Origin: Macrostomum lignano
Taxonomy: Eukaryota
DNA length: 64,000 nucleotides
Reading direction: 5' to 3'
Assembly (NCBI GenBank): GCA_002269645.1
Contig: NIVC01002470.1
Location: forward strand, 107,315-171,314
Under the pieces are notes generated by a model. That model was not told the DNA's origin, did no database searches, and saw only the letters and a list, made by a program, of their open reading frames with translations. This document shows positions 52,793-64,000 of the stretch, piece by piece. The position numbers were made by a program, and so were the translations under genes. How positions within the stretch are numbered: the stretch's first letter is position 1; every line of letters starts with the position of its first letter.

Positions 52793-53149
52793 GCTGAATA
52801 GAGAGTGGCGGATGTCCAATTATGGCGCCTCCTGAGGCTTGCACTGATTGATTGAAACAGAAAACTTGGCTAAAATTTGATGAAGCTGGTGCCGCTGCAG
52901 AGACGCCTGGAATTGCAACAATTGTTTTGTCTATGGCAGGAAGTTCGTTGAGTCACCGCCACATCGGTTTGAGGAAGTGCGTGCCGTCTTTATAGAAGTG
53001 TGAAAATGAAAGTTTTGATGCTTCTGTAGGATCTCTAATTAAGTTTTTAACCTGGATTTCACCAGTTTCTTTTAAAAAAGTTGTTCAGAGATGAAAGAAT
53101 AAGACAAAAAATTGTTTGTTGAACTCTTCTGTTGGTTACAACATCCAAA

Positions 53150-53530
53150 ATCATAACAACACCCACCACCACAACTACACCACCCACCACCACAAATACA
53201 CCACCAACCACCACAAATACACCACCCACCACCACAAAATACACCACCCCCACCAAACTACACCACCCCCACCACACAAATACACCACCAACCACCACAA
53301 ATACACCACCCACCACCACAAATACACCACCCACCACACAAATACACCACCCACCACCACAAATACACCACCAACCACCACAATACACCACCCACCACCA
53401 CAAATACACCACCCACCACACAAATACACCACCCACACCACAAATACACCAACCACACACAAATACACCACCCACCACCACAAATACACCACCACACCAC
53501 AAATACACCAACCACCACCACAAATAACAC
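53150..53530. repeat. 21-bp AC-rich repeat (AAATACACCACCCACCACCAC)n
   Basis: Direct reading. Confidence 0.92.
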
Positions 53531-54047
53531 CCACCTGTCTGTTTTCTTGAACTCTTCTGTCGGTTCTTTTAGCCAATTTATAAATATAAATCTTCTGCTC
53601 TTTGAGAAGACGTCACGTGATCTCTAGATCTCACAGGATCGCCAACCAGTTAACCATGCAGTCAATATAATCGTCATTGGGAAATCTGATGAGAGCACCA
53701 ATCCAATCCACACGCACTGATCCTTTGTTTTTTCAGACTTGAAGACAATAGAAGCCCCGTGATTTGATTGAATTTGGCAAAACCAATGCACAGTTAATTG
53801 GTTAATTGCATTCCGCATACATAAGCATTAGGCCCACTCGTTTGTAACGCGTTAGTCTTCTCTGCCAGCATCCTGCTCAGATCATACTCAGTAGTCCCAA
53901 AGGCCTCAACATGAGCAGTGAACTTTGCACACTGGCTGCTGCTGCTGCTGGTTATACAGAGGCCCGTCAGGTCGTTGACTTCCACAAACAGTCGATGCTC
54001 AGACGAAAGACTGAGGGCCCGGGCAGCTCGGCTTCTTTGGAATCAAC

Positions 54048-54956
54048 GTGAAGACAGACTCTGCCACCACTGCGATGAGCACCGACCCACCTGCGTCTGC
54101 GGTGTCTACCACAATGGCTACTGTGTCTGATGAACACCCACACAGCCTACTGCAGCGACGACCCTGGTTAAACACTGCTATGACAACATCTAAACACGCC
54201 AACCCCGACACCTGGCACAACACCATCACAACTACAGAACCCACCACAACAACTACAACACACAGCAACAACTACACCACCCATCACAACAACTAGACAA
54301 CCCACCACAACAACTACACAACCCACCACAACAACTACACAACCCACCACAACAACTACACAACCCACCACAACAACTACACACCACAGCAACAACTACA
54401 CAACCACCACAACAACTACAGAACCCCACACAAAACAACACCCACAGCAACAACTACACAACCCACCACAACTACAGAACCCACCACAACAACTACAAAC
54501 ACCCACAGCAACAACTACACCACCCACCACAACAACTACAACACCCACAGCAACAACTACACCACCCACCACAACAACTACACAACCCACCACAAAAACT
54601 ACACAACCCACCACAACAACTACACAACCCACCACAACAACTACACAACCCACCACAACAACTACACCACCCACAGCAACAACTACACAACCCACCACAA
54701 CAACTACACAACCCACAACAACAACTACAACACCACCACAACAACTACACAACCCACCACAACAACTACAGCACCCACAGCAACAGCAGAGGCGGCAGTC
54801 ACAACCGACTCGCAGGCTGTGATGGAGCAGAACTTGCGCACCTACCTGAGCGGCAGCAGCCAGGCAGCTGCCATTATAATTCCCACATTGCTGTCGCTAG
54901 GAATTCTGTTCTCGGTGTACAAAATCATCTCCATGAGCATCACCAAGGGACTTTGA
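54048..54956 (+). other. Putative mucin-like membrane-anchored protein fragment with 21-bp Thr-rich repeat (54230-54780)
   Basis: S/T-rich frame enters the repeat (NTITTTEPTTTTT) and leaves it (TTTTAPTATAE) into AAIIIPTLLSLGILFSVYKIISMSITKGL*; the frame is broken inside the repeat. Confidence 0.4.
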
Positions 54957-57289
54957 CGCGTTCGATAGCTGTTGAAAAAAAAATCGTGTTAAACTTTGCT
55001 AAATATGCGACTGCAAGTAGCTAACTTTGCGCATTGCTAAACTTTCAAATTTTAACAGTTTTCACTTTTTCCCTCGTGCTTGAGCGACTTTGGATTTTTT
55101 TAAATCACGAAATTTCATGTCCTATGGGTTGTTGTGTTTCGAAGGTAACTCCGAAATTTTCCTTAATAAAAACACTTAGGGGGGATTAAAGCCGCAAAGC
55201 AAAGCTTGGTTCAGCACAGAATTTCCTGCCCAAGATTTGCTTACATTACTGCGTCTCTCAGCTCAAAATTTCTAGCCGAATTTTGGGGCGCTCATTGGGC
55301 TTCTCAGTTTTCTTTCATTTCGCTTTCTCTTCTTTTCTTAATAGAAGATCAGACTTTCTGACTGTCACGCTGGCAGAAAAGTGTTGACCGTGACACTGGC
55401 CAAAAATGTCGTGTTTGTGCACTTGGCTCACTGAATGAAAGTGCTAAGGGGAGGAGAGTCTCCAGAAGAGAGAGAGAGGGGGAGAGAGAGGGGAGAGAGA
55501 GGGGGTGTGCAACACGCCCTGCCACCTCATTGGCTGCGGCGCAAAGTCAGCAAGAGGCAGCAAAAGCGTGGCCTGACAATGAGAACGCTCACAGGGAGAG
55601 TTGGATAGATAGGGAGAGCGCTGGAGCGGGGGGGGGGGGGAAGCCTGGGGTAGGCTGTTGTAGGAGGGGAGCAGGGAGGGGAACTGAGGGTCGTCTCCAT
55701 TTTCTAGCGGGTAATTTTTGCCCCGCGCAAAGCCTGGCTGGACAGGCGGGTTGGATTTGCACGAAAGCGAACGGCCCACAAGCACACAGCACACAAGCGA
55801 GTCAGCTGGGCCTGAACAGCCCCCACTGCACCCGGGCCGCACTGCCGAGCGCAAGCAACAGCCATCATTCTATTATTCAACACTTGGGGCCTCGGGTTCG
55901 CCCCAGGGTCAGCGCGGGTGTGACGCAACGCGATTCCCTCCGACAGGCCAACAGATTTGCGCAACGCAACGTCTCTCCCTCCTCCGCTCCAGGCCAGCCG
56001 CTCAGGTGATACAAAAGGCCTGCGCCTGCCCCGGGCTAGGAGGGACAGAAAGCTAAAGAAGCAGAAGAAACAGGCCAAACAGAAGCAGAAAAATGCCCTG
56101 CAACATCAACGCCTACACACTCTGCCTGGGCCTGTTCGCCCTGGTCTACGGCAGCTTCGACACCTACCTGATCTCCATGCTCACGACCCTGGAGAAGCGC
56201 TTCAACCTGCCAGCAAGCTGTCAGGCCTGCTGCAGGGCTCCAGCGACTTCGGCTACCTGCTGGGCGTCCTGCCCGTCAGCTTCTACGGTCGCCAGGCCCA
56301 CCGGCCGCGGACAATGGGCGGCCTCGGGCTGCTCCTGTCGCTGGGCATTCTCATCATGAGCAGTCCATACTATTTCTTTGGCCCCATGCCGGCTGGCGCG
56401 GGCGGCTCGGCGGCCTCCCAGTCGAGCTCCCCTTCAGCCGGACTGCTGTGCAACTCCACTGCCACCACGTCGGCTGCCGCGGCCGCAGTCGCTGCCGACG
56501 GCCAGCAGCCGCTCAGCCGCCAGTCGGCTGTCGCCTACTTCGTGCTGGTGCTCGGCGCCTTCCTGGTTGGCGTCGGCAGCACGCCGTTCTGGAACCTGGG
56601 CCTCGCCTACATCGACGACCACGTATCAAAGGTGCGCGCCCCGGTGTACATATCCGCCATGATGGCCCTCCGCTTCGTGGCGCCGGTGCCCGGGTACATC
56701 ATCGGCGGCCAGCTGGCCATGCTGCCCGAGAGCCTGCTGAGCGGCGCCGCCGAACACACCGGCGTCGGCGCCTGGTGGCTCGGCTTCGTGTGCCTCTCCG
56801 GCCTCACCGCCTGCTGCTCGCTGACCATGTTCTGCTTCCCCAGGCAGCTGCCCCGCCCGGATGACGGCCAGCCGGAGGAGATCGAGCTGCCCACGGAGAA
56901 GCGGCTTCCCCCGGCTTCGGACCTCGACGAACCCGACGGCCGAGCCCTGTGCGAGGACGGCTCCGCGGCGCCGCAGGAGCAGCAACAGAATCATCAAGCA
57001 GCTGATTGCGACGCATCGAAGTCGGGGCTGCCGACTCCAGCCAAAGCAGCCGAGGCCGCCGCCCCAGGCGCCGAGAACGGAGACCGCCCGACGCCGGCTG
57101 TCGACCTGCTGAACAGCGTGGTGAGCCTGGACCCGGCCAGCCTGGTCAAGACCGGCCTGTCGCACACGCTGCGCCGGCTGGCCGGCAACCTCACCTTCCT
57201 GGCGCTGCTGATCGGCGCCGCGCTGGAGTTCCTGGCCTTCATGGGCTTCCTGGCCTTCCTGCCCAAGTACTACCAGGTCCGCGTTCCAG

Positions 57290-57865
57290 TCCGGGAAGCT
57301 GGCTGCTTCCGGTGGGGAAGATGGTTGGTTTCGATTGGGAAGCTGGTTGGGTCTTCCAATGGGGAAGCTGGCTGCTTCCGGTGGGGAAGCTGGCTGCTTC
57401 CGGTGGGGAAGCTGGCTGCTTCCGGTGGGGAAGCTGGTTGGGTCTTCCAATGGGGATTGGGGAAGCTGGCTGCTTCCGGTGGGGAAGCTGGTTAGGTCTT
57501 CCGATGGGGAAGCTGGTTGGGGTCTTCCGATGGGGAAGCTGGTTAGGTCTTCCGATGGGGAAGCTGGTTGGGGTCTTCCGATGGGGAAGCTGGTTGGGTC
57601 TTCCAATGGGAAAGCTGGTTGGGTGTTTCAATGGGAAGCTGGTTGGGTGTTTCAATGGGAAAGCTGGTTGGGTGTTTCAATGGGAAGCTGGTTGGGTGTT
57701 TCAATGGGAAAGCTGGTTGGGTGTTTCAATGGGAAGCTGGTTGGGTGTTCAAATGGGGAAGCTGGTTGAGAGTTCCAATGGGGAAGCTGGTTGAGAGTTC
57801 CAATTGGGAAGCTGGTTGGGTGAACAAATGGGAAGCAATTTAGGTGTTCAAATGGAGAAGCTGGT
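57290..57865. repeat. Composite GGGAAGCTGG(T/C)TG minisatellite, SLCO intron
   Basis: Direct reading. Confidence 0.9.
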
Positions 57866-58245
57866 TCCAAACGGGTTTCTATGAGAAGCTTTTTAGACTG
57901 AATATTCTTTCTGTCCTACTTTCACATCAGCCCTGACTTCATATTAAAAATATAATGTGAGTTTGGCGGAGATGATCGAGTCCTGCCGAAATTTCCGCAA
58001 CCCAGGTCGGATTCGGAGTGACCACAGGCGAGGCGGGTCTGTACGCGGGCATTGTGGAGGGCTTTTCATCGGCCCTGGGGACTCTGGGGGCGGCATCTTC
58101 ATGAACCGGGCCCGGCTGTCGCTGAGCAAACTGCTGGCGCTCACCACAGGGGTCTGCCTGGCGATCGGCCTGCTGGGAAACATTGGAGCTTTGCTGGAGT
58201 GCAGAGCGACACCCGAGTTCACTGACTTTGACAGGTGAGATATGG

Positions 58246-58555
<310 letters not shown>

Positions 58556-59079
58556 GAAGAAGAGATTAATTGATTGATAATTGATTGATTGGTGGACAGG
58601 CTGACACCGATACAATTGCGAACGTGATGTTGCCCAGGTCGGCAAAGGGGATCAGGGATGAAAACTTCGTGCCGTAGGCAAAAGCAAGCAGTGAGCAGCA
58701 AAGCTGTATAAAAAATTCAGGCACAAATGCAGCGGCGCTACTTATCAGAAGCACGTGATAAAACGAAGTTTAAAACAATCGGGTCAGCAATAGGACCCTG
58801 ACTATACTCAAAATTTTAATTATAATCCAAGATCCTGTGATCTTGTGATTTCTCAAAATCAACATTTTTGTGCTGTCACTCTCTGTTTGCGATTTAAAAT
58901 CACCGTTTCGCATTGCTTAAGAGCTTGCTGAGATGCGCTGAACTGCGCCACGTTGAATTTCGATCTGTCACGTGACTTTTTTATTATTATCTGTTACGGG
59001 CTTGAACTCTTTTATTAGACTGTCGCGGCCTCTCGATAGGCTGCTGTCACGTGCATTACTGTTTCCGATTGGTCGCCCA

Positions 59080-60325
59080 GAGTCACTGAAGGGACACAGC
59101 TGCCCAGCCTCAGAGAGTCACTGAAGGGACACAGCTGCCCAGCTTCAGAGAGTCACTGAAGGGACACAGCTGCCCAGCCTCAGAGAGTCACTGAAGGGAC
59201 ACAGCTGTAGCCTCAGAGTCACTGAAGGGACACAGCTGCCCAGCCCCAGAAAGTCACTGAAGGGACACAGCTGCCCAGCCTCAGAGAGTCACTGAAGGGA
59301 CACAGCTGCAGCCCCAGAAAGTCACTGAAGGGACACAGCTGCTCAGCTTCAGAGAGTCACTGAAGGGACACAGCTGCTTAGCCCCAGAAAGTCACTGAAG
59401 GGACACAGCTGCCCAGCCTCAGGAGTCACTGAAGGGACACAGCTGCCCAGCCTCAGGAGTCACTGAAGGGACACAGCTGCCCAGCCTCAGGAGTCACTGA
59501 AGGGACACAGTTGCCCAGCCTCAGGAGTCACTGAAGGGACACAGCTGCCCAGCTTCAGAAAGTCACTGAAGGGACACAGCTGCCCAGCCTCAGGAGTCAC
59601 TGAAGGGACACAGCTGCCCAGCCTCAGGAGTCACTGAAGGGACACAGTTGCCCAGCCTCAGAGAGTCACTGAAGGGACACAGCTGCCCAGCCTCAGGAGT
59701 CACTGAAGGGACACAGTTGCCCAGCCTCAGAGAGTCACTGAAGGGACACAGCTGCCCAGCCCCAGAAAGTCACTGAAGGGACACAGCTGCCCAGCCTCAG
59801 GAGTCACTGAAGGGACACAGCTGCCCAGCCTCAGGAGTCACTGAAGGGACACAGCTGCCCAGCCTCAGGAGTCACTGAAGGGACACAGTTGCCCAGCCTC
59901 AGGAGTCACTGAAGGGACACAGCTGCCCAGCTTCAGAAAGTCACTGAAGGGACACAGCTGCCCAGCCTCAGGAGTCACTGAAGGGACACAGCTGCCCAGC
60001 CTCAGGAGTCACTGAAGGGACACAGTTGCCCAGCCTCAGAGAGTCACTGAAGGGACACAGCTGCCCAGCCTCAGGAGTCACTGAAGGGACACAGTTGCCC
60101 AGCCTCAGAGAGTCACTGAAGGGACACAGCTGCCCAGCCCCAGAAAGTCACTGAAGGGACACAGCTGCCCAGCCTCAGAGAGTCACTGAAGGGACACAGC
60201 TGCAGCCCCAGAAAGTCACTGAAGGGACACAGTTGCCCAGCCCCAGAAAGTCACTGAAGGGACACAGCTGCCCAGCTTCAGAGAGTCACTGAAGGGACAC
60301 AGCTGCAGCCCCAGAGTCACTGAAG
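59080..60325. repeat. 34-36-bp minisatellite (GTCACTGAAGGGACACAGCTGCCCAGCCTCAGGA)n, SLCO intron
   Basis: About 35 copies. Confidence 0.95.
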
Positions 60326-61559
60326 AAACAACCGCCAGCCCCATCCACTCTCCACCCCAAGCAGTCCCGCCGCCTGCGCCCTGTGCGACTGCGACAGCCG
60401 GCAGTACCGGCCGTCTGCTCCGGCAACGCCTCCTACTTGTCGCCCTGTCTGGCCGGCTGCTCGAGTTTTTCATTTTACAACTCGGTGAGTTGGACCAGAG
60501 TTCGAATCCTGGCAGTTATCATGGAAACAAGGTTTGAGTAATGATACAGCACACAGAATCAGTGTTGGGATCAGTGGTCAGTTCAAGCCAGTAGCAAACA
60601 GGTTTTACCATAGACAGAGCCGCAGCGCCTTCGTCTCACAGCCAGCGCTGACTGCAATTCTGCCCATTCCGCTGACTCCCTGAGCACACATACAAGCGCG
60701 CCAATAATGTATGAAGGCACGCAATCACACACACGCTCACACAGGGTGTACAGCTGGCCCTGACTTTCTAATCGTCAGGCATATACAGTCTCTGTGCCTT
60801 GTGAGTGAAACTGTGCCCGCCAGTGCGAGTTCCGCACGATTTGGAATTGCAGCATCCAGCTTTAGTGGTCCATGAAACAGTCCAGCCAGCATTACGCAAT
60901 GAAGAAAAATAGCACTAGTGTGCGCAACTGCGAACTGCAGAGATTCCAGTGCAAGATAGCAGCTGGCTGGTCACAGCTGCGGCAGAACCTGCGGTCCATT
61001 GCAGCCCGGCTAGAGTGACCAGCCTGCTAGAAGATAACAGGCTCCCTGCATGCGAAAGGCGATAGCCAGAGAATTTCTGCTTCTAGTAGAGAAAGCGTAC
61101 AAGACGAATTTAGAAATCCAAAGTGTAAACAAACTCGGCAGAGCGCGCAGATGGCGGCTTTAATCTGGTTAGAAAACTGCGCACCTCAAAGCCGCGCCAA
61201 TTTTTTAATTGCTAAAACCAAATTTATGACGAAGTAATTGCGAGTGGAATTTCCTGGCCTGCTGACCTAATTGCAGCTCTCAGTGCAGCCGCGAATTAGT
61301 GCCAAGCTTGTGCAGGCCACTCTGACTGCTCTCGCTCTTGACTACTGTGTACTCAATCCTCGGGCCTGAGCAGTTTTCAAGGCACAGAAATCATTTACTT
61401 AGGTGGGCTGGCAACTTTTCTTGCTGCTGCTAGGAGAAAATTGCTGTCAGTCTGGGTGACTGTCGGAATCAGAAATGCAGGATTAGCCGAGGAAGAGGCC
61501 TGGGCAGGTGACCGCTGCCGGTCTTGCCAGCAGGAAATCTAGCAGGCTTGGCTAGATTT

Positions 61560-62072
61560 AAGGCGCAGGTGTTTATGCTGGATTCTGAGTAAGCGGCGCG
61601 CAGGTGTTTATGCTGGATTCTGCTTAAGCGGCGCGCAGGTGTTTATGCTGGATTCTGAGTAAGCGGCGCGCAGGTGTTTATGCTGGATTCTGAGTAAGCG
61701 GCGCGCAGGTGTTTATGCTGGATTCTGAGTAAGCGCGCAGGTGTTTATGCTGGATTCTGAGTAAGCGCGCGCAGGTGTTTATGCTGGATTCTGAGTAAGC
61801 GCGCAGGTGTTTATGCTGGATTCTGACTAAGCGCGCAGGTGTTTATGCTGGATTCTGACTAAGCGCGCAGGTGTTTATGCTGGATTCTGACTAAGCACGC
61901 AGGTGTTTATGCTGGATTCTGACTAAGCACGCAGGTGTTTATGCTGGATTCTGACTAAGCACGCAGGTGTTTATGCTGGATTCTGAGTAAGCACGCAGGT
62001 GTTTATGCTGGATTCTGAGTAAGCGGCGCGCAGGTGTTTATGCTGGATTCTGACTAAGCACGCAGGTGTTTA
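61560..62072. repeat. About 34-37-bp minisatellite (GCGCAGGTGTTTATGCTGGATTCTGAGTAAGC)n, SLCO intron
   Basis: About 14 copies. Confidence 0.93.
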
Positions 62073-62910
62073 TAAATTTTTGGGCCACAAAATGAGGCAG
62101 TTTTTGCGTGATCAGGTGGCCTGTACCAATGTACATAGCCGGTGCCAGGATCTTGGATTATAACAAAACCAGCTTATCTGCCTGCTCGATCCTCCGCTCC
62201 CAGACCGAGAGTCCGCAGCCGCTTCCGCTGCTGGCCAGCTTTGAAGGCTGCGGCTGCGACGCCGTCGCGTCTTCGTCGTCCACGGCGTCGCCTGCCGGCT
62301 TCGTCGCCTTCGACGGCTTTTGCGGAGTCGGCGGCGGCTGCAGCGCGGCCCTCATCGCCTACAACTGCATCTTCTTCTGCCTGAACCTGCTGGCTGGCGC
62401 GGTGAAGAGCATCGTGTGCGTCATCGTCATCCGCGCCATCAGCGCCCGCGACAAGGACATCGGCTTCGGCTTCATCACCTTCGCGGCCAGCTTCTCGTCG
62501 ACAATTTCGCCGATTCTCTACGGCGCTATGATCGACGCCTTCTGCTTGCACCGCGACGCCGCCAGCGGTGGCGTCTTCGCCCGCTGCCTGCTGTACAACA
62601 TCGCCGGCATCCGCATCAGCCAGCACCTGCTCCGCTCCGTGCTGCGGATTCTCTGCGGCCTGGCCTTCGTGGTGGCCACAGTCGGCGCTCGGAGCAATCC
62701 GCATATTCAGCGAAATGAGCGCGAGATCAAACGGCAACAGCGCGGCGGCGGCGGCGGCAGCAGCAATGGAGCTTCGGCGGCTCCGCAAGAGGCCGGATGA
62801 ACTCTGGGTCAACAGTTTGTACATGCATGCGTGACTATTGAAACAGTTAATCTGAATTCCATACTTTTACAAAGAGAATCATCGATACTTCTTAAGGCTT
62901 CTCTAGGCTA

Positions 62911-63497
62911 GGAGGTTGCAGCCTGGTGCAAGGGCGTCGCCATGGATTTTATGGTGGGGAGACAAAGCCGAATTCAACATGTACATGACTAAAAGTTCCT
63001 ACAATTTCATTCATTATTTTCAGAATCGTGTCGTCAGCGCTCATTTTGGCGCCACAGGTACTCATTTTGGCGCCACAGGCATTCCTTTTAGCGCCGATGG
63101 CATTCCTTTCAGCGCTACAGACACTCATTTTCGCGCCCTAAAGAAAAATTATTGATTACCACAACGGGTCACAAGGTGGGGTGGGGGGACAAAGCATTGG
63201 CATATCCTCCCTGTCCCCTCCGATGGCGACGCGCCTGGCCTGGTGGTTAGACTTCTTGAAGGTTAGAGGTTCGATTCCCGATCCCACTATTTGTGTCCTT
63301 GAGCAAGACACTTAACTCTGCACTGCTTCAGTTCACCCAACTGTAAAATGGGCACCAGCATTAGCTGGGGTAATTGAGGATGTGTGAAGACACCCAGCCG
63401 TACGCAGACTTCAGATGCGCGCGCAATAGCTGCGACTGAGCTGTCGGTTGCACATCTGGCCCAATTGGGGTAGGTGTAATCTATCTGTTATTATTAT
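62911..63497 (+). mobile_element. tRNA-derived SINE (V-SINE-like core) interrupted by the MITE
   Basis: A-box-like GCAGCCTGGTGG (reconstituted across the TSD); B-box GGTTCGATTCC at 63268-63278; core GTGTCCTTGAGCAAGACACTTAAC at 63293-63316; TTATTATTAT tail near 63490. Confidence 0.75.
62929..63237. mobile_element. hAT-type MITE, same family as 30194-30889
   Basis: Imperfect TIR CAAGGGCGTCGCCAT / ATGGCGACGCGCCTG; perfect 8-bp TSD GCCTGGTG (62921-62928, 63238-63245); shares GGCGTCGCCATGGATTTTAT and CTCATTTT-x-GCGCC motifs with the first MITE. Confidence 0.9.
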
Positions 63498-64000
63498 CCC
63501 CAGCTCCCGACGTCTCGGGTGTTCCTTCAATGTGAAAGGTTTATTAAGAAAGTCTCAGGTAGAAGTCTCAACTTCTCGATTGTAAACCGGCCTTAGGGAT
63601 ACTGCAGATGCTAATCTTTCCACTTTCATTCGTGCTTTAACCCAGAAATAAAACACCTACGACGCAGCACTATTTTTTAATCAAAGGGTTGCGGTCTATG
63701 CTATACTTTTAGTCGGTCTTATTTACTTGATTGACCAACTAGTTTCTATGCTGAGTATCTACTCCTATACAATTCCATATTTAATTCAACTCAAGACACT
63801 TCCAAGCTAGTCTTTGAATCCACGCAAACTTTCAAAAGTTAAACAATTTATAATTATTGATTTCCACCGTGTGCTGCTTCGTGCCAATGCCGCAAGTGTT
63901 ATTGATGTTTCAAAATGTTACTTTAGGCTACATCGCTATACTATATACTACTGTCATTAAGCACTTGTTTTTTTATTCATTTGCAATTCCCTGTGTACTA

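Noticed and set aside
58566-58754. Short antisense ORFs in the SLCO intron
   Set aside because: No homology or clear splice chain recognised

Overview
This is eukaryotic, intron-rich, GC-rich animal DNA. Almost every intron is filled by its own minisatellite, which is most consistent with a free-living flatworm such as Macrostomum (inference). Most ORFs in the supplied track are repeat artefacts, so genes were rebuilt by hand from GT-AG boundaries. In order, the window holds: (1) the 5' part of a FAN1 nuclease gene (-); (2) a complete 16-coding-exon NALCN sodium-leak-channel gene (-, 22146..4474, 5904 nt, 1967 aa), with an EEEE selectivity filter and an unusually divergent, elongated domain II pore exon; (3) an AT-rich island; (4) two convergent, decayed Ty3/Gypsy LTR elements fused at a hairpin; (5) a hAT-type MITE with a long internal inverted repeat; (6) a small membrane-protein gene; (7) an isolated Ubx/abd-A class (Lox4/Lox2-like) Hox gene with a 9.8 kb satellite-filled intron; (8) a GPCPD1/GDE5-like CBM20 protein that appears to lack the catalytic motif; (9) a mucin-like fragment; (10) an SLCO/OATP transporter gene with three -1 frameshifts; (11) a tRNA-derived SINE split by a second MITE copy. 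The most notable signals are the NALCN pore, intronic arrays built from tandem copies of splice signals, and the apparent pseudo-enzyme.
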